Position numbers and translations under genes: made by a program
DNA from: Promethearchaeota archaeon
GTDB taxonomy: Archaea > Asgardarchaeota > Lokiarchaeia > Sigyniarchaeales > SOKP01
DNA length: 64,000 nt
Assembly (NCBI GenBank): GCA_016839765.1
Contig: JAEOTP010000034.1
Span: forward strand, 1 to 64,000
Direction: 5' to 3'
In this document: piece after piece, positions 10,632-20,405 of the stretch
Position numbering within the stretch: the stretch's first letter is position 1
Layout: the number at the start of each line of letters is the position of its first letter
The notes under the pieces: model-generated
Told to the model about the DNA's origin: nothing
Databases searched by the model: none
Seen by the model: the letters and a program-made list of their open reading frames with translations, nothing else

Positions 10632-12164
10632 TTAAAATCCAGAATCTCTCTTTGGAAATCTGCTTCGAGTAATTGAATATTCATGGAATAATTTATCCAA
10701 CATTTCTAGTCTTAAATCTTGATCTTTATCCCATAAATTATTTAATTCTAATTTATCATTACTTCGATCAAATAAATCTCCATACCCTGGTAATTCAGCA
10801 TATTTAGTTAATTTAAAATCTTTTGTAATTAAATGAACTAATCTCGTGTATAATGGTCCACGTGGACCTACTTCCTCATCTTCCGTGATAAGAATGCTAT
10901 CACGTAGTTCCTTTTTAGTATTTTTCAAAACAGGAGTCATGTCATAACCTTGCATTCCTGGTGGTCTATTTCTTTCCTTGATTTTGAGTAATTCAAGAAT
11001 TGTTTTGGGTATATCTACTGAACTGATTAATGCATCGGAAACTGCAGGTTTAGTGATACCCGGAACCTTCCAAATTAAAGGAACTTGCAGAGTACCGTTG
11101 AAAGGAGAGATTCCTTTTAAAATTAAACCATGATCTCCCATATAATCTCCATGATCTGAAGTAAAAATTACCATCGTATTATCTGCCAGGCCGAACTTTT
11201 CTAACGAAGCTAAGATTTGCCCTACTGCGTAATCTATTAAAGAAACAGAACCATAGCTAAGAGCGATAAACCTTCTTATGTTTTCTTCTGTCTCTTCACG
11301 TAGCATTGCATCTCTAACAGGAGGATGTTCTAGATGTTTCTTTAAATAAGGATGTTTATACAAGCTCTTTATATTATGAACATTTTCGGGGAGTATTATA
11401 TCCTCCGGTTTATACATATCTCTATACTTTCCTGGTGGTGAAACAGGTTGATGGGGATCAGGAAATGAACAATGCAAAAAGAATGGTTTTTCTCCATAAT
11501 TACCATTAGAATATCTTTCTAAAAATGAAATTGTGTTATTTTGGATATAAGTAGTATTGTAAAGTTCTAATGGAACCCAGCTTTCATAAAAGACTTCAAG
11601 AGCGGGTACTTTAGTGGAATATTCATATACTATTTTTTCCGCAAGTTTGGGATCCCTCTCTTCAATCCATTCAAGGTAATGTCCTGAACAAGTATTACCA
11701 TGTCCGATAACTAAATCAACCTCTTCAAATCCATAATAAGGAATTGGAAACTTTTCATAAGTCAAATAATCGCCTTTAGGATTTTTAACCTTCCAATCCT
11801 GAAAATCTTCTGCTGATTTTGTTTTAGGGTCGTATCGAGGTGTCCAAGTATGATAGTGAGCTTTTCCTATACTAGTTGTATGATAACCCTGATTAACTAA
11901 GGTGTCAGTAATTCTTGGTATATGCCGGGGTAAATTTATTCCATTACTTCTAACTCCATGGACATTAGGATAATAACCAGTAAGTAGAGTCGCTCTATTT
12001 GGCATACACATTGGGCTTGTGCAGAAAGCCGAAGAGAATCTCACACTTTCTTTCGCAAGTCTGTCTAAGTTGGGGGTCTTAATTAATTTATTGCCATAAC
12101 ACCCTAGCATATCAGCTCGTTGCTGATCAGTAATAATAAACAAAACGTTCATTTTCTTACTCAT
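10632..12164 (-). CDS. Cys-type (formylglycine) sulfatase
   Basis: NVLFIITDQQRAD, CMPNRATLLTG (C-x-P-x-R), GKAH, PDPH, FTSDHGD. Confidence 0.92.
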   Translation of the reverse strand: MSKKMNVLFIITDQQRADMLGCYGNKLIKTPNLDRLAKESVRFSSAFCTSPMCMPNRATLLTGYYPNVHGVRSNGINLPRHIPRITDTLVNQGYHTTSIGKAHYHTWTPRYDPKTKSAEDFQDWKVKNPKGDYLTYEKFPIPYYGFEEVDLVIGHGNTCSGHYLEWIEERDPKLAEKIVYEYSTKVPALEVFYESWVPLELYNTTYIQNNTISFLERYSNGNYGEKPFFLHCSFPDPHQPVSPPGKYRDMYKPEDIILPENVHNIKSLYKHPYLKKHLEHPPVRDAMLREETEENIRRFIALSYGSVSLIDYAVGQILASLEKFGLADNTMVIFTSDHGDYMGDHGLILKGISPFNGTLQVPLIWKVPGITKPAVSDALISSVDIPKTILELLKIKERNRPPGMQGYDMTPVLKNTKKELRDSILITEDEEVGPRGPLYTRLVHLITKDFKLTKYAELPGYGDLFDRSNDKLELNNLWDKDQDLRLEMLDKLFHEYSITRSRFPKRDSGF

Positions 12165-12199
12165 TAATAATTCCCCGATTTTTTTTAATCATCATAAAA

Positions 12200-13093
12200 T
12201 TATAATTTAAACTCAGTAACTTTTGGTCTTACCTCAATTTCGGGATAGATTTTTCCAACAATAGGTGGACTGCCATTGTATATTTCTTCTATTTCTATTA
12301 CTCCAAATTTTATACCCCTAAATTTATAAATTCCTGTATACGTTCCTTTTGCTACTTGATATGCCAGATCAAAATTTGCTGCTAATACGGCTAATTTAGC
12401 TTTAGTGGGAATACATAACAAATCTTGTTTTAAGGCAGTTCCAATCGGAAACACCAGTCGATTATAATCCGCTGCTTGTAGTGGTATACATGGAATAATA
12501 ATCGGATAACCATCCGAAGGATCAATATATGATATAGCCCGAACGCCAATAGTGTTTGTAAATAACTTGTATCCAATAGGATTCAATCTTTTTTCGTCTA
12601 GTTTTGTCTTCCCTCCACTTTTTCCTATGATGTCTTTTAAGATTCCTTTAATTATACCTATTAAGGGTAAATCTCTGATAGGAGTTACAGCAATGACTTC
12701 ACTATAATGAGCCTTATAAACATTAATATAGGTCAAATATCGCATTAATTCGGATCTATTGAAAAAGTCTAAATCTTCACCATCTGTTCTTGAATGTGTA
12801 TATCTAATCTTAGCTTGTATAAATTTAAATGGCATATCTGGAGACATATAGAAAACTCCTTGTTTTGGATTGCTTTCAATATTTTTGTTACTCATTCCGC
12901 TAGCCATTTCACCCCATACAACTAGATTTTTTCCTCTTGCGGCGTTTGAACTAATAAAAGTTATATGAGGCCATCCACGAGAATCTATAGTAGCTAAAAA
13001 TTTAACCAGTATAGCTGGTTCTGTGAATTTAATCATATCTTCTGAAAATTCTGGTAACCACTGAGGTAAATCTTTTTTCTTTCCCATTTTCAA
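12200..13093 (-). CDS. Pyridoxamine-5'-phosphate-oxidase-like split-barrel protein (two domains)
   Basis: KFLATIDSRGWPHIT...NIESNPK in the N-half and a second copy ISYIDPSDGYPIIIP in the C-half. Confidence 0.65.
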   Translation of the reverse strand: MKMGKKKDLPQWLPEFSEDMIKFTEPAILVKFLATIDSRGWPHITFISSNAARGKNLVVWGEMASGMSNKNIESNPKQGVFYMSPDMPFKFIQAKIRYTHSRTDGEDLDFFNRSELMRYLTYINVYKAHYSEVIAVTPIRDLPLIGIIKGILKDIIGKSGGKTKLDEKRLNPIGYKLFTNTIGVRAISYIDPSDGYPIIIPCIPLQAADYNRLVFPIGTALKQDLLCIPTKAKLAVLAANFDLAYQVAKGTYTGIYKFRGIKFGVIEIEEIYNGSPPIVGKIYPEIEVRPKVTEFKL

Positions 13094-13185
13094 TCGTAAC
13101 CTTTTTTTATATTGTTTTTTGCTATAAGATTATTTAAAATATAATAACTTTAAGTGAAACTCTAACTATTTCAATAATATTTATT

Positions 13186-14154
13186 TTAATTATCTTCTTT
13201 TATTTTTGTTAAACCTGACCATTGAACATTTTTCACTCCCGTTTTTTTTGCAATATCAAATAGTATTTCAATTTCTTGTTTAGTCATTAATGCTAAATCC
13301 TTCAAAGGCCAATCCATATTTAAACGTTCATATTTAGCAGTGCATAAATTATTAAATGATAATAGATCCCAACGTTCAGGTATGTTTCTTAATTTTTCAA
13401 TAATAAATTTTCCTATTCCTTTTATATTGTCTTCAGTAGCAGTATAATTTGGAATTATTGGAGTACGAATCCACATCTTCTTGTTATTATTCTGCACATA
13501 ATTTGCGATCAGCTCAGCATTTTCTAAAATTATTTCATTTTTTACTCCTGTGAATTCCTGATGTTTTTCAGAATCAATTTGTTTGATATCCAGTAGAACC
13601 AAATCAACGAAAGGTAATAATTTTTCATATATTTTTCTATTCGCAAAACCACATGTATCCAATGCTGTGGAAATTCCATTCCCTTTGCATTTTTTCAGAA
13701 ATCTTAAAAGAAAACTAGATTGAAGAGTCGGTTCTCCTCCAGAAACAGTAACTCCTCCTTTAGATTTCTGATAATATACTTTATCTTTCTGAATTTCATT
13801 GTACAAGCCTTCTAAATCCCACCATTCTCCAAACATATGGAGAGCAGTACTAGGGCATTCCTTCACACAATTTCCACAACTAATGCATTTTTCTCGATCT
13901 ATATGCAAACCATCTTCATCAAGGGTTAATACTTTCTGTTCACATGTTTCAATACAAGTTTTACATCCAATACATTTATGTTTAAACCATTCTAATTGTG
14001 GTGTTTTCAAAAGTGATTCTGGATTATGGCACCAAATACATCTTAAAGGACATTGTTTAAAAAAAACTGTTGTTCGAATTCCGGGTCCATCTTCAGTAGA
14101 CATTTTCTGAATTTCGAATATTAATCCCTTATCTGATTCTATTATAACACTCAC
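13186..14154 (-). CDS. Glycyl-radical enzyme activating enzyme (radical SAM with ferredoxin insert)
   Basis: DGPGIRTTVFFK, CPLRCIWCHNPE (CxxxCxxC), two CxxCxxCxxxC inserts, GGVTVSGGEP. Confidence 0.95.
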   Translation of the reverse strand: MSVIIESDKGLIFEIQKMSTEDGPGIRTTVFFKQCPLRCIWCHNPESLLKTPQLEWFKHKCIGCKTCIETCEQKVLTLDEDGLHIDREKCISCGNCVKECPSTALHMFGEWWDLEGLYNEIQKDKVYYQKSKGGVTVSGGEPTLQSSFLLRFLKKCKGNGISTALDTCGFANRKIYEKLLPFVDLVLLDIKQIDSEKHQEFTGVKNEIILENAELIANYVQNNNKKMWIRTPIIPNYTATEDNIKGIGKFIIEKLRNIPERWDLLSFNNLCTAKYERLNMDWPLKDLALMTKQEIEILFDIAKKTGVKNVQWSGLTKIKEDN

Positions 14155-14185
14155 CTAATAAAAAATGCAGAAAAAATAATAAAAT

Positions 14186-16696
14186 TTACATCTTATGACA
14201 TTCGCGAGTAATGATTTCATCTTGAAGTTCTTTACCTATTCCTGTGAAATAAGCATTATAGCCAGTTACACGGACTAAAAGATTTTTGTAATTATCTGGA
14301 TGAATTTGAGCATCTTTTAACATTTCTGTATCTAACATATTAATTTGCAGACATGTGCCACCATTCTCGATATATCCTCTTAGATAAGACTTAAATTTCT
14401 CTCTATGTTCAGGATCTCTTAATATACTAGGATTGAATGTAATTGTTTGACTTGTTCCATTTGGTAAGTAATTTATTAATTCACCTCCTTCAGTTATACC
14501 CCCTATAGCTCTGCCTACAGAATTAGTAACTGCGGTGGGTCCTTTCAAATCAGCTCCGCTTGTTGGACATATAGCATTAGATAGAAAGGTTCCTTTCTTT
14601 CTACCATCAGGGGTTGCGATTGTCAAACCTGCATCTTCTCCTGCCCAATAATTCCATGACAACATTCCTGGTCTATATTGGTAATTATTTGGAGTTTTGA
14701 ATTTCCAGCACTCATCAGCCCAAGTTTTCATTATATTCCTTGCCAACTCATCAGCTTCATCACTATCATTTCCAAATTTTGGAGCTTTATTTTTTAAAAA
14801 AACACTCATTTTTTCATATTCAAGCCCTTCAAAATTGTTCATTATAGCATCTTTTATTTGAGCTATTGTGTATTTTTTCTCATCATAAACAAACTTCTTA
14901 ATAGCTAATAAAGAATCAACTAGAGTTGCAAAACCAACACCATTAACAGTTACAAAACGTAATTCAGGACCGCCTTGTCTTATATCCAATCCTTTTTCTA
15001 TACATCCTCTCACAATTGAGGATAATAATGGTGTAGGCATTAATTTGGCTACAATATCTTCATCTTTATCGTATATATCAACTGTATATTTTATTACAAA
15101 TTCCATTTGTTTTCTCCAAGCATTCCAAAACTCTTTCCATGTTTGGAAATTCTCTGGATTTCCCGATTTTGGGCCTAGTTGCTCACCTTTTTTAATTGCT
15201 TTATCGTTTCCAGGCATATTTTTACCATTCCATAAAATTAATTCCATGGTTTTAACAAGATTCGGATTGCAATTTACAGTTCCAGAACGATCATTACCTT
15301 GCATAGTATTTTCAAGGCATCCTACACATGCATAATTCCATACTTCTTCTTTTGGAATTCCTTCAGCTATTAAACCTGCCATACTTCTCTCATCAAAATT
15401 TATTAGAAATGGTGCCCCTTGAGCTCTGGAAATCATATTGATTACAGTATCTAATAGTTTATCTGGACTATTTCTATGGAGTTTTACATTAGGCTTGGGT
15501 TCTAAACTTGGATACCATTCATCTATAACTTCTAAAATAGTGTAGGTTAATTCATTAGTTAAATCTTCTCCATTAGGACCACATCCTGAAAGAGTTAATA
15601 GTTGTCCATAACCTGAAGTAATACCTTGCCTACCTAAAATTATCATTGCGTCATATGCCGTATTGCAATGAAACCAGAAGCTGCCTAAAATATCTTTTGC
15701 GAACTCTTTTGATATAAACTTTTCTTCAATAACATCTTTTTTGTAATATGGCCATAAATATTGATCCATTCGACCAAAAGATAAACCTGCTCCTGGATAC
15801 GATTCTTCAGCCATTAATAACATATGAGTGATCCATAAGGATTGAACAGCTTGCCAGAACGTTTCTGCAGGTTCCCATGGTACTCTTTCCAGATTTTGTG
15901 CCATTTTTTCTAATTCTTCTACCCGCTGAGGAGATGAGGCTTTTTCTTTTAGTTTTTTACATTCATCAGCATATTTTTTAGCGAATTTTCTTGGAATTTC
16001 AGTAGCGGTTATTATTGCTCGTAGTTCTTGTCCTTTAGGACCTCTTTTATCATTTTTACTTAATAGTTCATATCTTTTTATTGCCTTTTCATAAATATAC
16101 TTAAAACCTTTTTTTATTACAGTTTCATAGTCGGGAATAATATGACCAGGGGCTGCACCAATATTCCCAAATCCAGAATAATGATATTTAAAATTAGCTT
16201 CCCGATTTTTAATATTCCATTTCCAATATTTTTTGGCTTCTTTTTTGTTAAAACACTTGGATAGTTGGGTATTAAATCTTCCACCAGCAATTAAATCATT
16301 TTCAGAAATGATTTCTTGGGGTATATAATTCAGCATTACTTCTTTTAAAAAGAAAATTCTTCTTTCTGGTATGGATAATTCCCAGAAGTTCTCAGGCAAT
16401 TTTACTGGACTTGCCATTGATCTGTAAGAGGAGGCAAATACCCCCATATCTTTTTTACCTAAAGCTTGTATATAAAAATATACTTCTGGATTGATATACC
16501 AATCTCCTTCATGCCAATTAATATCCCAATCAGTTCCAGTAGTGAATGGAGTAAACTGATTATTCCATTTTCTTCCTCTACCTTTATAAAAATAATCTCT
16601 TAACCACTTTGATCTTTTAGACAAATTTTCAGGTTCAGCTATCTGAAATCTCTGCGACCTTTCTTGTTTTCCTAAATTTTCATTAATTTCGCTCAT
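14186..16696 (-). CDS. Glycyl-radical enzyme of unknown specificity (PFL/GRE superfamily)
   Basis: C-terminal LLVRVTGY glycyl loop, Cys loop YACVGCLE, SFGRMDQYL, ATPDGRK; adjacent activase. Confidence 0.93.
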   Translation of the reverse strand: MSEINENLGKQERSQRFQIAEPENLSKRSKWLRDYFYKGRGRKWNNQFTPFTTGTDWDINWHEGDWYINPEVYFYIQALGKKDMGVFASSYRSMASPVKLPENFWELSIPERRIFFLKEVMLNYIPQEIISENDLIAGGRFNTQLSKCFNKKEAKKYWKWNIKNREANFKYHYSGFGNIGAAPGHIIPDYETVIKKGFKYIYEKAIKRYELLSKNDKRGPKGQELRAIITATEIPRKFAKKYADECKKLKEKASSPQRVEELEKMAQNLERVPWEPAETFWQAVQSLWITHMLLMAEESYPGAGLSFGRMDQYLWPYYKKDVIEEKFISKEFAKDILGSFWFHCNTAYDAMIILGRQGITSGYGQLLTLSGCGPNGEDLTNELTYTILEVIDEWYPSLEPKPNVKLHRNSPDKLLDTVINMISRAQGAPFLINFDERSMAGLIAEGIPKEEVWNYACVGCLENTMQGNDRSGTVNCNPNLVKTMELILWNGKNMPGNDKAIKKGEQLGPKSGNPENFQTWKEFWNAWRKQMEFVIKYTVDIYDKDEDIVAKLMPTPLLSSIVRGCIEKGLDIRQGGPELRFVTVNGVGFATLVDSLLAIKKFVYDEKKYTIAQIKDAIMNNFEGLEYEKMSVFLKNKAPKFGNDSDEADELARNIMKTWADECWKFKTPNNYQYRPGMLSWNYWAGEDAGLTIATPDGRKKGTFLSNAICPTSGADLKGPTAVTNSVGRAIGGITEGGELINYLPNGTSQTITFNPSILRDPEHREKFKSYLRGYIENGGTCLQINMLDTEMLKDAQIHPDNYKNLLVRVTGYNAYFTGIGKELQDEIITRECHKM

Positions 16697-16962
16697 TTTT
16701 TAATTATTTCTGTAATTTTAAATATAGTATAAATGGTTATATTGTTATTAAATAAAAATAAATCAATTATAATTTTAAAATTTCAATTTATTTTTAATAA
16801 AACTTTCAAGTTAAATAATAATAAATTATTGATTCAACTAATTGAAATAACGTTATAGCCTTATTATTAATTACTAGGTAGTTAGACAATATTGTATGTT
16901 TCTTAAACTAAAAATAAGAAAACTAGACTGATAAAAGGAAAAAAAGAACATAAATTAAAAAC

Positions 16963-17376
16963 TTATTTTTTATTATAGGTTTCTGGACTTCCACCTGTTT
17001 CTAAATACTCGGCAAACTTTTTTAAACTATTTAAAAGTATTTCTCCCGCTTTTTTTAGCATTTTTTCTTGGTTTGGATCTTCAAATTCTGCCCATCCAGT
17101 AATTTCTGCTCCATTTCCTTTAGGAGTCAAAATATAGCCCATACTGTTAAATGGTCCACCTTCAATTTTGAAAGAGATTTTCTGATTTTCTACTCTCTCT
17201 GTTATTGTTGATGTAATATCTCCAATTGTCGATTTAATTGCATATTTATCTTCTCCAATTTTTGTACTTTCATTTACTGTGAGATTCCATACAGTTTCTA
17301 AACTATCATCATTTAAAATGTTATAAATCCTTACTGGAGGAGCAGCTATCTCCATTTTAATATTAAACTTTGGCAT
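16963..17376 (-). CDS. SRPBCC/START (polyketide cyclase-like) protein
   Basis: I.APP.RIY..L.D....WN N-terminus, beta-strand core, C-terminal helix L.SLK.FAE. Confidence 0.7.
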   Translation of the reverse strand: MPKFNIKMEIAAPPVRIYNILNDDSLETVWNLTVNESTKIGEDKYAIKSTIGDITSTITERVENQKISFKIEGGPFNSMGYILTPKGNGAEITGWAEFEDPNQEKMLKKAGEILLNSLKKFAEYLETGGSPETYNKK

Positions 17377-17531
17377 TAATAATCACTTTTGGATATTGAT
17401 TAGATTTTTAATGTTTTTAATATATTATTTTCTACTTTTTATAAGTATTTGGCTTACAACCTACTTGGAGATATCTAGCAAGTTGGAAGAAATATTAAAA
17501 ATAAGAGCAGTTAAATGAATATTAATAATGA

Positions 17532-17699
17532 TTATGTCTGAACATATTTAATCATTTCATGTAACAATTTTGCATATCCTTCAATAACGTACTTCTTTGA
17601 TTCATTGATATCGTCTGGTAATTGCTCTAAGCAATATTGAATTTTGCAACATATTCCTTCAATAGCTGGTTTCATACTATCCCAAATATATTCATTCAA
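17532..17699 (-). CDS. Putative 55-aa small protein
   Basis: Below the track cutoff. TTG start preceded by AAGGTG; reads (M)NEYIWDSMKPAIEGICCKIQYCLEQLPDDINESKKYVIEGYAKLLHEMIKYVQT and fills an otherwise empty gap. Confidence 0.45.
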   Translation of the reverse strand: MNEYIWDSMKPAIEGICCKIQYCLEQLPDDINESKKYVIEGYAKLLHEMIKYVQT

Positions 17700-17847
17700 T
17701 TATATAGCACCTTATCACTTTACTATTTGAATAAAAAAGAAGATTCTTAATTTTAATATCACAATATAATTTAGATATTATTGAATAACCGTGAAATTTA
17801 TGTTTCACGAATTTATAATTGAAAAAAAAAAAGAATTTAATGTTAAA

Positions 17848-18312
17848 TTAAGATACACTTATACTTATCGACGCGAAAAAGGTAGTAAACATTATAACAA
17901 ATAAGATTAAACCAGCAATAATTAAATAAATCCGTCTGGTCCTTTCGTCAATGTTTTCAGCAACACCTAAACTTAAAAAACCTATAACTACAAAAACTAA
18001 TGCTATATTAACACCAACTCTAGCTATGTTCATAAAAATAGCATCTTGAAACGTCATCCAATAATATACCTGTAAAATTTGTTGTCCTCTTTGAATATAT
18101 TCAGCATATCCGTACACACCATTTGAATAATTCATATCATTTTCATAATTTGCTAAGTTAAGCCATTGACTTGCATTTTGTGCTATTGATCTACTAATCA
18201 TCATCATTAAACCAAACAAGATTGCCACTAACAAACCATAAATTATAAATTTTATAGCTTTTCTCTTATCTAGTAACGGAATACTATCAGCTAAACTTCT
18301 TTTTTCTGACAT
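17848..18312 (-). CDS. Hypothetical membrane protein (3 TM)
   Basis: Three hydrophobic segments; 2 nt from the upstream gene, so probably an operon. Confidence 0.75.
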   Translation of the reverse strand: MSEKRSLADSIPLLDKRKAIKFIIYGLLVAILFGLMMMISRSIAQNASQWLNLANYENDMNYSNGVYGYAEYIQRGQQILQVYYWMTFQDAIFMNIARVGVNIALVFVVIGFLSLGVAENIDERTRRIYLIIAGLILFVIMFTTFFASISISVS

Positions 18313-18314
18313 TT

Positions 18315-18971
18315 TTATCTCCCTCTTCTCATTTTATTAAGGTAATTATACGCTAAAAATAAGGCATAGCAAACAAGAACAATTATCCCAATGGCAATAA
18401 ATAGTGTACTAAGAAAACCTCCTGGTCCATCAACTTTAACTAAAATATTAAAAAACACATCCGTTTCAGGACCAGTATGATCACCATATACAATCACTAC
18501 ATAGCTTCCGGGTATCGAAATAAAATATGGTGTTGCAGTAGCGCTACCTGTAAAATCTAAATACGTTTCTCCTTGGTTCGAAATAGTTATTAAATTTTGT
18601 CTGGATACTGAAGGATTTTGCCCTAATCTAAATGTTGTGGTAATAAAATATTCGCCAGTAAGTCCATTTGGATTAGAGTTGGCCGCATATTCTACATCGT
18701 ATTCATATTTAGTCAAAATCTTTAGATTTACTGTAATATCTGAATAATAAACTGAAAAGACTATAGTTATCTTTTGATTTCTATCGATTGTGAACTCACT
18801 TGCGAAAGCGCTTTGAATTTCAGTATCACTTGTTTCTGTAATAGTTGCAGGTTTTTGATCAGCTAGAGTTATTTCATCTAATGCGAATCCTAATATTGGT
18901 CCAGTTATTAGTAATGCAATTCCTATAATTAAAATAATAGTAAGTATTTTTTTACTTTTCATATTATTCAC
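18315..18971 (-). CDS. Hypothetical membrane-anchored protein with extracellular beta domain
   Basis: N- and C-terminal TM helices flank a beta-rich domain (PGSYVVIVY). Confidence 0.75.
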   Translation of the reverse strand: MNNMKSKKILTIILIIGIALLITGPILGFALDEITLADQKPATITETSDTEIQSAFASEFTIDRNQKITIVFSVYYSDITVNLKILTKYEYDVEYAANSNPNGLTGEYFITTTFRLGQNPSVSRQNLITISNQGETYLDFTGSATATPYFISIPGSYVVIVYGDHTGPETDVFFNILVKVDGPGGFLSTLFIAIGIIVLVCYALFLAYNYLNKMRRGR

Positions 18972-19204
18972 TATTGCAAACTTTTTCTTGAAATTATAAT
19001 AAGATTTTTTTTAGATTTCTTTAATATACGATTGATTACTTTTGTATAAAAATCTACTATAATAACAGATTAATCAATCCAAACTAAGCTGAATGGGAAA
19101 ACTTTTTAATTTTATTTGATAAATCATTTAAAATAAAAAGGTAAAAAAATTTAAGAAAGTCTATAAATCATTATTTATACAAGATAGATGTAAGGTTACT
19201 TCTG

Positions 19205-20149
19205 ATGGAAGAATATAATTGTGAAGTATTAATAATCGGAGCGGGTCCAGCTGGATTGAGTGCGGGTATTTACTGTGCTCGTGCGAACAGAGATGTTATT
19301 ATTTTGGATGGAAATGAGTTATCAGCACTAGCAAAAACAAAGGAAATGCAAAATTGGCCTGGCGAAATTGATATTAAAGGAAGCGATTTATTAGAAAAAT
19401 TTAGAGCGCATACTGAAAGTTATTCTGAAAACGTGAGAATTATTAAGGGCGATGTTATTTCATTGATGATGGGGATGGGAACAAATATAATTTCAACTAG
19501 AGCTGCTAATATAACTTCAGATGTTGTTATAATAACAACAGGAAGAGGAATTCGAAAGGAGATTATAAAAGGAGAAGGAGCATTACTTGGATTTGGTGTT
19601 TCGTATAGTCCCATATGGGATGGACCATTATATAAAGATAAAGTTGTCTATTTATTTGGTAAAGACGAAAAAATGTTAGAAGATGCTTTAGCCCTTCAAC
19701 AAATGGGTTGCATCGTACGGATAATCATAAATTTTGGGATTGAAAAATTACCTGAAAAGATATATGAATTAAAAGAAGTTGGAATTGAAGTTTTTGAAAA
19801 TATGGAAGTAATTGAAGCAGTTCCAGATTCGGAAGGTGTGATTCAAAAAATTATATGTAAGCCTACTAAGCCTGAATCAGAAGATATTGAAGAAATAAAG
19901 GAATTTGAATTAAACTGTTTATTTATTTTATCTCATATATCCTCTAATTCAATGTTCAAAAGAGCAGGGATAGAATTAGATGATATGGGAAATATTAAAG
20001 TGGATGAACAACAAAAAACAAATCTTAAAGGAGTTTATGCTGCTGGAGATTGTACGGGAGGACTTTTTCAAGTAGTTTTTGCTGCAGCAGAAGGTGCACG
20101 AGCGGGAATAAACGCGTGCAAATATCTTTGGCGATTAAAGAAAGAATAA
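19205..20149 (+). CDS. Thioredoxin-reductase-like flavoprotein lacking the CxxC disulfide
   Basis: [10 protein letters not shown] FAD motif and [11 protein letters not shown] present; SYSPIWDG replaces SYCxxCDG. Confidence 0.85.
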   Translation: [314 protein letters not shown]

Positions 20150-20405
20150 ACTTGTTAATATATAGACATTAAACTCTATTATGCATTATCACGATAACCT
20201 TCATATAATATGGAAAACTATAAGATTTTCCAGGATTATTTCATGGTAAGCATTTCAGAAAGCTCAATTAATGTTCAATTTTTCTTATTAATGTTAAAAA
20301 CGAGGAGTGAATAAATTTAACCAAAAAAAATTAAAAAAATATAAACCATTATTAAGATTATTATGTGTAAATTTGAATAAAGCTGCAAAGTTATAGTGAC
20401 TAAAA

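Noticed and set aside
14186-16696. Calling the GRE pyruvate formate-lyase (pflB)
   Set aside because: It lacks the adjacent Cys-Cys active-site pair, and its activase has the ferredoxin insert typical of non-PFL GREs.
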